The position numbers and the translations under genes were made by a program. The notes beneath the pieces were generated by a model that ran no database searches, had not been told where the DNA came from, and saw only the letters and a list, made by a program, of their open reading frames with translations. A DNA stretch of 64,000 nucleotides, taken from positions 81,532,001-81,596,000 of the forward strand of contig NC_086097.1 in assembly GCF_963921235.1 (NCBI RefSeq). The letters run 5' to 3'. Shown in pieces: positions 51,453 through 64,000 of this stretch (its first letter is position 1; each line of letters starts with the position of its first letter). This stretch comes from Mobula hypostoma (taxonomy: Eukaryota).

Positions 51453-54400
51453 ATTTATATGAAGGAAAATAATGAGAAAGAAATGGAAGAGTAAAAACAG
51501 TGGAGAAAAGGTGTGATTAAAATTGGTTAACCCTACCCTCTCTCCAAACACTTCCTGGCCTGAAAATTGCAGCATTCGCTGTTTTTATAACAGTTTTAAC
51601 CCTCTATTCCAAAACAAAAAAATCACAAAATTATAATTAATCAATTCTGAAACTCAGCACCGTGTAGCTCTGTTATTATCACTGTTAATCTTTCTCAGTA
51701 TTTTCTTTGTACACTTATATGGATGAAAGGTGATGGAGTTCCTTAATAAAGTGTAACAAATCCATCTTTATGCCCATCTATCCAATGCTGTTAGCATCCA
51801 CTAACTTGGCTAGGAAGCTCAAAGGCAAGAAATATGGAGTGAAAAAGAAATTTTAAAAGACCAAATTCAAACATATGCCAGTAATGGTCCTCCTGAAAGC
51901 AATAATGTTTAAGCCAAAAGAATCATAATTGAGCTGAAAAGCTAATGATAGAACTAATCTGTGGCAGGTTGCTATTCAGCTGGGAGTTCCACACAGATAA
52001 CTTCTGTAAGCACTTCTTCTCAAAAGGATTTATCTATTGTTTTATGTGTGGAATGGGTAAGAGGTTGGCAGAATAAAACCAGAAATTGTGTCAAAAGAAG
52101 CACAATAGTTTTCAAACAAGCCTCTGAACTTAATCCAGCAAAAAAAACCAGGAGGAGATGTGCTTAACACCACAGTACATTTTTCTCCAGTGAAACAAAG
52201 GATATATTTCATCCTTTGCAGACTTGTCACCTCCTCTGGAAATTCATACACTACCTGCTATCGAAATACTCTTCAATAACCAGCAGTAATCTGCTCAATA
52301 TTCAGCAGGAAAGATAATGCAAGTACTTCAGATGGAAGACAATGTTATCCACAGCCAAATGCAACTTCATCCGATTATAGCAGGTACCAGATAAAAGCTT
52401 TTTGAATTGCTACTTTCTCACATTTAATCTGTGTAATATTTAAATTGTACAATCCAACCAAATAAATGCAATTTAAAATAAAATCCAAATTAATATTCCT
52501 CTTGTTCTGTAACAATTTACTTTAGCAAGTAGTCTCCAAACCCTATCTCACTGGAGCGGTACTTCCTCTAAAACACAAGTGCAATGGTAAACTAAGTTAA
52601 AATTTCTTCCAATTGAACAAATTCAAGAGCCTGGCTCTCAAAGAGAGTAATTTCAAACAAGAGCTGTGCTCTCAGGCCTATTTTAATTGGAACAACAGGA
52701 GTTTTATAAGTTGTCTGTGCAATGTGACAAGAGTCATAGCACCAATAGTCCCTTTAAGGGCAACACAAATGAAAAGCGATAGATGGCGCAATCAATCTTA
52801 AAGATATTTAATATAAAGCATATAAGCTCATGGACCAAGAGAATTCTTAACAACTAAAGTGCATTGATATTGTTCAATTTGTCACAAAGACCACTGGTCA
52901 AAGGTGGCATGTAGTATATACCATGAATGGTCACTCACCACACAATGGACCATGAGGCACAGGCAAGATCATAAAGAGAGGTAGGCAGAGAGAGCTGTGA
53001 CTAGCTCAATGTGTTCATGAAACCCTAAAATAAAAACCTCCTCTTTTGCTATTCTAACTTGCTTTTAAGTGCTTCAAATGCTTCTGAAATCTGAAGTTTT
53101 TGATGATCAAATTAAGTTTTGTCGGGCAATAGATCACAGCAATCTAAATTATGCAATTCTCTTTCAAGGAAATCCTGTAAACTGTCAGTAAAAGGGTAAA
53201 TTACTAGGACTTTGACATATTAAATTTCTTTCACAGCACACAAAAGGCAGATTTTTATCTTGTAGGAACTTTTGGAAGCTGCATTTTGCAACAATCGCAA
53301 GTCAAATAATCCTGAGGTCCAATGGATTGGGCTATCCAGTGCTCAAAGGAGAAAGTTATTTCAACTAAAGCCAAAATCAGCCTCTGCACTTGTGCAGTTA
53401 AACTTGAAAGTCAGGAAGTTTCTCTGCTTTACACAAACCTTCTTAAGGGATTCAGCATTAAAATCACAAGATTGGTGTGGAGAAACAAGGGACAACAAAT
53501 GGAGGAATCTTTTGCAAAAAAACAAACTGCTGTAGCAGCTTAGTGGGTTAGATGGTATGCATCGAGTGAAATGAATAGCCAATGTTTCAGGTTCAACTCC
53601 TTCATCTGCTCCTCCAACAGTCTATTTTTTGCACAGGATTACAGTACTTATCCTCTGAAAACACTGGCAATGGGTGAAAGAGAAAAAAAGTGGTCTCAAT
53701 TGGGACCAGTTGAGTTTTATTGGAAATAATGTTCTGTTCAACCCATCTCACCAGTCAGCAATTTCCAAAAGACCATGACAGATTATTTCCATCAGTCAGT
53801 GGCAAATGCCTGGCTAGTGATAATTCTGTACTTTGATTATTTAGCAACAAATAAATAATCAGCTTTCATATATTGTGGTTCTCCTTCCTAAATGGCACAC
53901 AGGACAAAATGGAGATGTGCAAACTCTCACCAAGCTTGGGTGTATTCAATAAATAATGAATCCAAATACAATGTTATACCAAGACTACCTATTCTCAACC
54001 ATACATAACAATTCTATAAACTCTTCAAAAGAGAAAGGCTTGATAACAATCACCTTACCCATCAAAACAAAGCACATTATCTGATGTGATTTAGGAAATA
54101 TATTTAAGGCACAATTAGGTCACATAGACAGCAATTTGATAAGGACCATGTCACTTGCTATTCATTCATTTTGACCAAGGAATATATATTGCCTAAAGAT
54201 TGGGGGTAATGACCCAGAAAAAGAGATGCCTTCCATCTACCTGGGACAGGAGAAAGGACCTTAATTTATTTTAAAGATGACAACGCTGGAGGAGGAAGGA
54301 ATCCTTCTAATGTCCTGGTGTGCATTTTTGCCTCAGCCAAACAAATAAACATATGATCAAGTCTCTTTTTTTGTCTCTTGAAGCTTACTGTGCACTAATT

Positions 54401-54969
54401 GCTCAAGGTTTTGCCAATGTAACTGAAGTTACATCTCAAAAGTGTATCATTGGCTGTGAAACACTTTGGAAGATCTCAAAACAATGATACATACACTCAA
54501 CAAAGTATCATTCCTGACTTGCAACCGTTCCAAATACCTTGTAATATTTCTGAACTGCACCATTATGTGGGTGAACAATGATACCTCTGTCCACCCCAAG
54601 ATCAACAAATAACAGGATTTGCACATGCAACCATCTGCTCCAGTGCATCACCACACCAGCTGTATAGCTTTGTTTGGTTCAGCCAATAAATATAGTTTAA
54701 TATAATTACAGTATACATTTGCTATTTAATTAGATTCAATTATTCTTCCAGTAGTTTAAGAGCAAGGCAAACCCGATACAAGCAATGAGAGAAGAAAGGA
54801 GGTCAAATCAATCTTCCATTCATTCCTATTGTACTCACCTCAGTCAGGAATATTTCTCAACCCATACACCAAGAAATTTGAAGATGCCTTTGCTATATCA
54901 TAGGAGTTCTTAAGCCGTCTACTAGTGCAGTACATGTACCTCAAAGCCAGCCACTTTGAAGCAGATTGC

Positions 54970-55770
54970 TCGTTAGGGCCCTAAATAGTCCTTGCAAGTG
55001 AGGCAAGACAGTCTGACAGGGTCATTTGTTACAACCAGTGCAACCTCCTCTACATTAGTGAGACCCAAAACAGATTGAGGGACTACCTTGTTGAGTGTTT
55101 TTGCTCTGTCTGCTGCAATAGATATGATCTCCAGTTGGTCACCTACTTCGATTTGATTTCCCATTCCCACACTGACATGTCTGTCCATGGTCTTCTCTAA
55201 AGCCATGATGAGAAGGAGCAACACCTCATATTTCATCTCAGTAATTGCAGCTTGATGGCATGATCACCAATTTCTAAAACTTCCAGTAACCATTCCCCTG
55301 TGTTCTTCTCCCCACCACCTTTTCTTCATTGATTGCTCTCTCACCCCTTCTCTACCCCTCCCCCATGACCTGCCTATCACCTCTCTCTGATCCCCACTTC
55401 CTTCCTTTTATTCCCTGATCTGCTGTCCTCTCCGATCAGATTCCTTCTTTTTCAGCCCTTTTCCTCTTCCACTTATCACCTCCTAGTTTTTCAATCCTGC
55501 CCTTCATCCCTCCTTCCTCTCCCAACTACTTTCACCCTCACCTGGGCTATTTCCTGCCAGCTTGTGCTCCTTCCCTGTCCCCTTTTTATTTTGACTTCTT
55601 ACCACCCCCCCCCCCCACCATCCTTTCTAGTCCTGATGAAGAGTCTTGGCCCGAAATATTGACTGTTTATTTCCATTCATAGGTGCTGCCTGACCTGCTG
55701 AATTTCTCCAGCATTTTGTTTGGTTGTCACTCAAGATTTTCAGCATCTGAAGAATCTGTTGTCTCTGTTC
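54970..55770 (+). mobile_element. Neptune PLE 3' fragment, old, with hammerhead motif at 55629-55664
   Basis: Decayed GIY-YIG similar to 60045-60397; agtc-CTGATGA-agagtcttggccc-GAAA-tatt-gact. Confidence 0.75.
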
Positions 55771-55854
55771 TTCAGTCTCTGCCTGGCGGCCCAAGTTTCC
55801 ACACAATCAAGTTAATTAAAGCTGTCGTTTCTCTCTGCCCCAAAGATTTATCAC

Positions 55855-56110
55855 AATTATTTATTTATTTATTGAGCTACAGTGCAGAATAGCCCTTCTG
55901 GTCCTTCGAACCAGGCCGCCCATCAATCCCTCAATTTAATCCTAGCCAAATCATGGAACAATTTACATGACCAATTAACCTAGCAACTGGTACATCTTTG
56001 GACTGTGGGAGCACCCAGAGGAAACACACACAGTCAGGGGGAGAACGTACAAATTCCTTACATAAATACCGCGGGAACTGAAGTGTTGAGCTAACCACTA
56101 CGCTACCGTG
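55855..56110 (-). mobile_element. V-SINE-like element
   Basis: Minus strand cacggtagcgtagtggttagc head; cccacagtccaaagatgtacc..aggttaattggtcatgtaaattg; (taaa)n tail. Confidence 0.7.
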
Positions 56111-59100
56111 TATTTAAATTGGTCAAGCACTTTTCATAGACTGATAGCTGTATCAGTTGTTAATTGACTAGGTGGCTTGTATTCAAGCTGCTCTATAACA
56201 GGCACCAAAGCTATTTACATGCTCATCTTGCTGAATTATTAGACAGAATGATAGGAGTTAACCATCTTGCCCTTTTGCCTCACCTTTGCCAAGAATAGCC
56301 TGGGTCAAAAGTTAGGCTCCAACTCCATTCTGTACTACTACATAAATTAAATTCTAAATAAAACTGATTTCAAAACAGCAGTGAATATCTAAAGATTCAT
56401 TCAGCAGTACACCTTTAAAGTACATATCTTCTTACAGGCATTAAAACAACAAAATGAGTTATGATCTTTATTGTTCAGGGTCAAATTACAATTTATGAAT
56501 TGTCTTCTAAGAGTTTTCTGAAATTAGTCAATTCTTCCACACAATATGCACATAAAAGCAAAGTTGTGGATTAGTTTCCATTCCTATTTCCTAGTCTGCT
56601 GCACAGCAATGTCAAATTCTCTTTATGCTTTATCTCCTGATCAAATAATGCCATCTACTTAAGAAACAAATTTGTACCACCTAATTACACTAAAATTACA
56701 GACATTTCCAGTTCTCTATTGTGAATTAACTGAAACACTATAAATCAGGGAACTACATATTTGAATTCCAATATTTATCAAGCAGTTTGGATTAACAATA
56801 ATTACAACTGTACAGGAAATGAAGTTTAAACAAAAGGCACCAGCCCACTGCTAGAACTGAGACAGAAACAAACTAACTGCCTTCAGCAGAACAAGCCTCT
56901 TCAATCAGTAAGGCAACCAAAATTATTCCAAGCGGATAAAACTAAGAGTTCTTTGCCTCAAGCTTGAGGGGAGAGTGCGGATGCATCAAGAAGATGTACT
57001 GTTCTGATAGTCCTGTCGGCTTGAAGATCAAATCTTAAAGGAGCTTTCACGAAGTAGAAGGGCGAATGGCGAACTAAACAGATGTACAAAGGTAAATGGC
57101 AACAAAGATATTTACCAAGAAATACTTCAGCGTTCTTTTTTGATATTTAATAGCATTACGTTTCACCTGTATTTTGTTCATGTAGTTCCAGAATAATTGC
57201 AATATCCACTGCATGGTTTTAAAAGAAGCTCCTGCAGATAACACATCGTTTCAGCTTCTGCAAGTATTACTGAAAAGCTCTCAGAGCTGCTGACCTCACA
57301 GTGAGCCCTCAACAGAAACCCTTTAAATAAAAGAGGTTTGAGAACAACACACTTGGAAGTCTTCCAGGACCTGAGTGCTGATTACCCAAAGATACTCACT
57401 TCGGGTTTTGTCACAGGGTCCTGGGGAGGTACCCACAGGAGGTCTTTCAGGGCAACCAACAAGTGATCGCTGCAAACATCCTGGGATGTTTCTGATACAA
57501 GTAATTTAACTCTTCCTCATTAATTTTTCACACACACACACCACTGCTTCTAGCAAAAGAGACACAGACACTGATGAAAGGGCATGTGATGAGGTTGTGT
57601 GGGGAGACGTGAATCACAGGAAGGGGGAAAGAGAGCTAGATTGTCAGAGACATGGAAATACGGAGAGGGACATGGACAGCAGCAGAGAACAGCAAGTGGC
57701 AGAAAGACATTAATTCTGCAGCCATAGGCTATGTTGTGCTCCTTCCCCACCCTGACCCCACACCGCTGACACCTCACTTGCCCACCCTTTCCCATTCCAG
57801 TGCTACGTGAAGTCGATTAAGGTTCATTGAGTCTCTCCCATCTCCTTCCATGTCTATTCATGCCCATTGTCTTTCCCTCTCCCTCACACACAGAGAGCTC
57901 CTACACCTCCCAGGCTTACAGTCCCCTGCCCCAATTGCACTCTCTCCATTACTTCATGACTTCATTAGTGATCCCGTTCAGTCACTTGTACACTGATACA
58001 GACGTACATTTTGTCCTACATCACAACCTCCTCCACATCTACACTTTGCGCTCATTCCCTGGAACAAAGTGAACATGCCTATCCAATTTTTAAAGGATTC
58101 CTATGACATTGCTGGAACAACCATTTTCACATCCACTACCCTGCTCTCTTCCCATTCTACTGTATGGTTTCAGAATGCGCAATAGCCCTTTCTCTGAAAG
58201 ATCGAACACGGATTTAATTCCCAATCAAAGATAAAAGCTGAAAACACTTTACTTTAAGCTGCAACTTGAAAATTTCACCCTGTACCACATAACCTGTTTT
58301 CTGAAAGTGCAGATACTGGCAATCTAAAATAAAATGAAATATTGCTAATTAGCAGGACAGGCAGCATCTGTGGAGAGAGAAAAATAGAGCTCATGTTTTG
58401 ATTTCTCCACAAGTATGACTTAGCTGTTGTGTTTCAATTTTTGGTTTTATTTCAATATATTCATCTACTTGGATATTTTCCACTACAAAGGCAAAGGCCA
58501 TTTGAGTTCAAATATCCACCTGTTTTGTGTCCTGTGTTAACTAAGGCCAAGATAGTGAATAAACTAAAACTGGACAGTAAAGGAATGCACTTTAATCCTC
58601 AAAGCCAAAGTAACTGAAAATTAAATTACTTCGTTTCTTCCAATTTGCTTGCTTGATCCATTTACAGTAAATGCCATTTGGATTTCCAATATTTATTGGC
58701 AGACAATAAGCATACAACTTTTCAGAAGTTGGCAGTCTTACATATCAAAACGTCATCTAAATATAGCTTTTAAGGCCTTGTTGCTACTGCCAAGGTATAC
58801 ATAAGAGAGGTCAAATATTAAGCCAATGTGCAAGCATCCTATTACACATCTGAACAAAATCCTCAATATCTATTGCAGGATGGTCCACATTTGTTGGAAA
58901 ATATTAACATTTATCCACATGATCATTGATGTTTCATTGTGTGACCATGAAGATCTTTGTAATCTACAGTCCATCTCCATTTAGTTTCCTTCAAAAATAT
59001 TCCTTGGCTGGTCATGGAGAAAAGTTCTCATAGTGATCAAACAGACAGCAATTTAATTTGCAGTGGCAAGTTCCTTCCTACACTCTTACTGATATTTTCG

Positions 59101-59950
59101 TTCACTCATTGCATATGGGTATCACAGGAAAGACCCTGAGATTTGCCCCATGAACTGATCTACCTTTATGAACCACTCAGACCAGTTTGCTTCCAATACT
59201 TCAGCCATTTTAGAGAGCAATTAAGAGCAACATTTATGAGTTGCAGTCACACCTGGAATTCATAATAACAACTGGCATGAAGTTTACTCGGAATTATTTG
59301 ATTCATAAAACAAATTCCCTCGATATTGCACTGGCATCCAAATGTGTGCATTTGGATTGTCATTCAGGACCTCAGGATTACTTATTCAGTAATTTAATCC
59401 TGCTCCTGGTTGGTGTAGGGAACCGATCCATTTGATTAAATTTGAGATAAAAATTTAGAAGGAATCTATCTTTATCTCATTATGCTTGAACTCCTCAGCT
59501 TACAGCAGTTGTGCTTTCAGGAAGATCCATATCTAGCCAACAGCGTTGTCCACCAAAACAGCAGATCCATGAAAGTCAGTTGTATCAGGCATCAAAGCAA
59601 ATATTTGAACAGATCTGACAAAAATATAACGGACAGCCACAGATCATGCAAAGGCTTTTGAAAAAAAAAAGCTGCGCTATTCTATGAAATGAGCAAATAG
59701 ATTAACCACACTGAAAATACACCATTTAGCTTCCAAAAAAGCTAAAAACTCAGCAGGTCAGGCAGCATCAGTGGAGGGAAATGGAAGGTCAACATTTCAG
59801 TCAAAACAAGCTTATGATATCCCTCAGCTTGATGAGTTATTCTTGCAAATTAGATTTGAATCCAACTTTCAATTAAAGGATTAATCAGATATTGCTCATC
59901 CATCTAAGGCTAAAGAATACCTTAAGAATACAAGTTAGATCAAGAATGAT

Positions 59951-60794
59951 GTCCACACGTCCCTCCCCACGGATCTCCCACCTGGCACTTATCCCTGTAA
60001 GCGTAAGTGCTACACCTGTCCCTACACCTCCTCTCTTGCCACCATTCAGGGCCCCAAACAGTCCTTCCAGGTGAGGAAACACTTCACTTGTGAGTCTGTT
60101 GGGGTCATCGATTGCATCCGTTGCTCCCAGTGCGGTCTCCTCTACATCGGTGAAACCTGGCGCAGATTGGAGGACCGCTTCGTCGAGCACCTCCGCTTCG
60201 TCCACCACAACAGACAGGAACTCCCAGTAGCCACCCACTTCAACTCTGCTTCCCATTCCCATCCGGATATGTCCATACATGGCCTCCTCTACTGCCATGA
60301 TGAGGCTAAACTCAGGTTGGAGGAGCAACACCTCATATACCATCTAGGTAGTCTCCAGCCCCTTGGTATGAACATAGAATTCTCCAACTTCCGGTAATTC
60401 CCTCCCCCTCCCTTCCCCTATCCCTATGTCACTCTGCCCCCTGCCCCAGCTGCCTATCACCTCCCTCTTGGTTCTGCCTCCTTCTACTACCCATTGTGTT
60501 TTCCCCTATTCCTTCTTCACCTTTCCTGCCTATCACCTCCCTGCTTCCCCTCCCCCACCCCTTTATCTTTCCCCTTACTGGTTTTTCACCTGGAACCTAC
60601 CAGCCTTCTCCTACCCACCCTCCCCCCCACCTTCTTTATAGGGCCTCTGCCCCTTCCCTATTCAGTCCTGACGAAGGGTTCCAGCCCGAAACGTTGACTG
60701 ATTGTTTCCATGGATGCTGCCCAACCTGCTGAGTCCCTGCAGCGTTTTGTGAGTGTTGCTTTGACCCCAGAATCTGCAGAGTATTTTGTGTTTA
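59951..60794 (+). mobile_element. Neptune PLE 3' segment with open GIY-YIG frame and full tail
   Basis: CIRCSQCGLLYIGETWRRLEDRFVEH (60071-60397); 14-bp TSD agatcaagaatgat (59937-59950, 60795-60808). Confidence 0.95.
60662..60701 (+). ncRNA. Minimal hammerhead ribozyme motif, best-paired copy
   Basis: tcagtc-CTGACGA-a-ggg(ttccag)ccc-GAAA-c-GTT-gactga; 6-bp stem I. Confidence 0.8.
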
Positions 60795-61784
60795 AGATCA
60801 AGAATGATAAAGCCAACAACAAGGTATATTTCCAAAGGAACACATGTTAAAGATGGAGTAAATCGTTCTGAAATAGAATGAAATCAAGAAGATCTAAAAG
60901 GACCATTTTCCTAATGCATCCTTTGATAAAACCAGTACTGTGGAGAAGAATGTTTCTGAAGTGTCCTGAGACAAGCATGCACCAGAAATACCAACAGGAT
61001 GAATTTCTTCTGACATTGAACATCATCCTCACTCTCAGGAAAAGCAGGGCTGAAGAGAACAGAAATCATTGTTCATTCATTCTCCTGTAATAAAATATTG
61101 TTAAGCCTTTGTCTGCTTGGAAAAGATTGCTACCCCGCCTTGCCACCTGAAATGGCAAACAATGATTAATGCTGAGCAATTACAGACCAACAAAAGGCTC
61201 TATTATCTTCTACAACTGATGCTGAAATTCATAACTGCCAAATAAGTCTGAAACAATTTGGGAACAGAATTGGGAATACACAAAAAGAGGGTATGTTCTT
61301 TCTGAACATAACTTGTAGCCATGGCTCTTTTTACTAAAATCCTGATTGAACCAGAACGTATTTCTCTGAAACACATTTTAGTGATTTTAAGGAAAATACA
61401 AAGCCAAATGCACAACATCTAAACATAATTGACTATAGTTTTAAGTGGTTATCAGCATCATCCTTCTCCTGCTGGCTTACACAGTCAGACTCTCCAACAT
61501 TTCCGATTGCGTTTACTGAATATTGTCAGCATGCTTCATTTTGCCTTTTGACATCCAGCAAAGTAGTAATGAGAGAATTTTATTAACATTTCAACATAAA
61601 TTTCCTTTAGACTCTCAAATTCTTTATTTTGAAAGTTATGTCTTACAAACAGTTCAAAAACTCCACTGTTGCAACCACTCGTTTTGTTTGACTCATTCAC
61701 AACATGTGAACATCACTGACTCAGCACTCATTTACTGTCCATTCTAATTGTTTTCCAGACCAAGTTAGACAATTTATGCAAGAA

Positions 61785-63245
61785 CATTAAGAAAACAGCA
61801 GGAGCTTGCCGCTCGACCCCTCGAGCCTGCCTCACCATTTAATATGATCATGGCTAATCAACCTCAGGTCTCAACTCCTCCGTGTTGGTCCCCCATTTCC
61901 CTTAATTACCTTATTTTCAAAACAAGAATATCTACTTTCTCTTTAAATAGTCTAAAGATCCAGTCTCAACTATCTAGTATCATGGATTCCAGAAATGTAC
62001 CACCCTCTGCAAGAAGAAATTTTAAATTACTTTCTTTAATCTCATCACTTTGTTGCCCTTGTTTAAGGTTCTCCCTCTAACAGGCATTTTCCAATATCTA
62101 TCCCATCATATTCCCTTCAAAATCTTGCATGATTCAACAAGATTGCTGCTCATTCTTCCAAACTCAAGAATATAAATCTAACTTCGTTAGGGGCCATGAT
62201 AGAGCAACCATCACATGTTCGGAATTAGTTAACTGAATCTCTTTTGGTCTACCTCCAAAATGCTTAAATGAAGGGACCAGAACCATGAAAAACACTCCAG
62301 ATGTAATCTCACCAATACCGTCTACAAGTGGAAGAATACTTCACTTTTTTTTTAAAAAAACTCCAACCCTCTTTCAATGAAGGCCACTGTGCCAGTTGCC
62401 TTACTAACTACATCTGCTGCACCAACATGTGCACTCCTCAGCATCCACATTTGTACTACATTAATAGTCTGCGTTTAAATTCCACTTACTGAAGTGCATG
62501 AACTCACATTTTCCCAGGTGACTCTCTATTTGCCAAATTGTCAACCAGGCACTCAATCTATTTACATCCTAATACAGAGCCCAAACATCCGTATTGCAAC
62601 ATGACCTCTGACCAATATCTGCTTTATCAGCAAACTAGGATATCTTACACTCTACCCCATTTCCAGGTTGTTACTATCAGTTATTTACTATTTAAAACCA
62701 GGAACTGATCTTTGGGGGCACTCTACCTGTTACATTCTTCAAGCCCGAAAAGAATGATTTAATCTAGCTCTCTTCTTTATGACGATGAATCCTCAACAAA
62801 CTTCCCTGATACCTTTGCACTTGCCTTTCAACTGGCAACTTGTCAAGTTCCTTCTGAAAATTTAAATGCATGACAATAACTACATGATAATAGAGGTTCC
62901 CCTCTATTGACCCAACTTGTTGCATCCTCAAAGAACCCCAGAAAATTTGTCATAAAACACGGCTGAATTGGTTTGGTTACATTTAGCTTTTTTAAATTAC
63001 ACACAATTTTTTTCTTGATTATAGAAAACAGCATCTTGCTAATACCGGATGTTAATCTCTTTAGCCCATAGTTATCGATTGTTTGTCTTCCTTTCTTGGC
63101 CAAGGAAATTATTTCTGTGGTTTTCTAATCTGCTGATATCCTCCCGGAACCTAGTCAATGTTTGAAAAACTTCAGTCACATCTCTATAACCACATCTTTT
63201 AATATGGTAAGAGTGCAGGTCATTGGGTCCCACAGGTTTTCCTGC
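61785..63245 (-). mobile_element. CR1 LINE fragment, old
   Basis: GKPVGPNDLH, LTSGISKML.SIIK, TNFLGFFEDATS.VNRGEP on the minus strand; CR1-like 3' end near 61790. Confidence 0.75.
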
Positions 63246-64000
63246 CTTTAAAACCATTAAAGGCATAGCATTAAATATGATTTTAAAACCATATCTTGGC
63301 CTAGTGAAAGAGATTACTACATGCTATTTGCAACAAGTCCATCAGATATATTTGGGACACTTAGCATGCCCTCCAATATGAGGATTAATGCAGCGTATTG
63401 ATGGAGTTGACCTATGGTTTTTAAGTGAATGCTTTGCTCTTTGGATAAGGAGTGTTATTTTACCCCCATCCAGTACAATGGTATAATGGCATACTTAAGG
63501 ATCTACATCCTTTGATGCATCTGAAGTCACCCACCCAAAAGACTCTTTTGACACTGAGGTTATGGAAGGGTCCAACCAGTTGAAACAGCACTATATTGAA
63601 ATAGATTTTTTTTAGGTTAGTGTTATATTTCTAACGCTTTTTCATATTTTCTTAAAATATAGGAAGCCATAAGGGCCATACAAGTCTATGCTTTGTCTTG
63701 GAGCAGTCCTATCAATTATATTCCCTTTCATCTGTTCTCTGTCACAGCCCATCTGCTTCACCAAAGAACACTAAGCTATATAGCACAGGTACAGGCCCTT
63801 TGACTCAATATGTGCTGACCATGATTCAAAGCTAATTCTATCTGCCTGCACATGATCTATTCTTTTATTCTCATTTGTAGGGTTGTTCACTGAGCCTGGA
63901 GGTGAGGTCTCAAAAGCTTCATCATAGGCGACAAAACATTTGCGACCTAACCTCCAGGCTCAGTTAACAACCCTACAAACAAGAAGCCAACCCAAGCTAC

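Overview
AT-rich, repeat-dense eukaryotic DNA with no complete host gene. It is most likely intronic or intergenic sequence of a cartilaginous fish (ray-like repeat complement; the taxon is an inference). All long ORFs are decayed transposon proteins: CR1 LINEs, Penelope-like elements (PLEs; Neptune and Poseidon types with RT and GIY-YIG), Rex1/Babar LINE ends, Tc1, mariner, Tigger and hAT derivatives, V-SINEs and a solo LTR, often nested. Three observations stand out. (1) A 178-bp GC-rich piece of the ZFTRAF1/CYHR1 5' coding region is circularly permuted (CCxVCLDLPKAS precedes KLExRLYSVL, and the two ends rejoin in frame) and sits inside an RTE-like retroelement end, the footprint expected from an integrated small DNA circle. 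(2) Minimal hammerhead-ribozyme cores recur in the PLE 3' tails. (3) A 249-bp protein-free fold-back cassette built only from ribozyme-bearing tails has its own 15-bp target-site duplication (TSD). One 57-nt minus-strand exon candidate hints at an unidentified host gene. Family names come from motif recognition, not database searches, and boundaries without a TSD or TIR are approximate.
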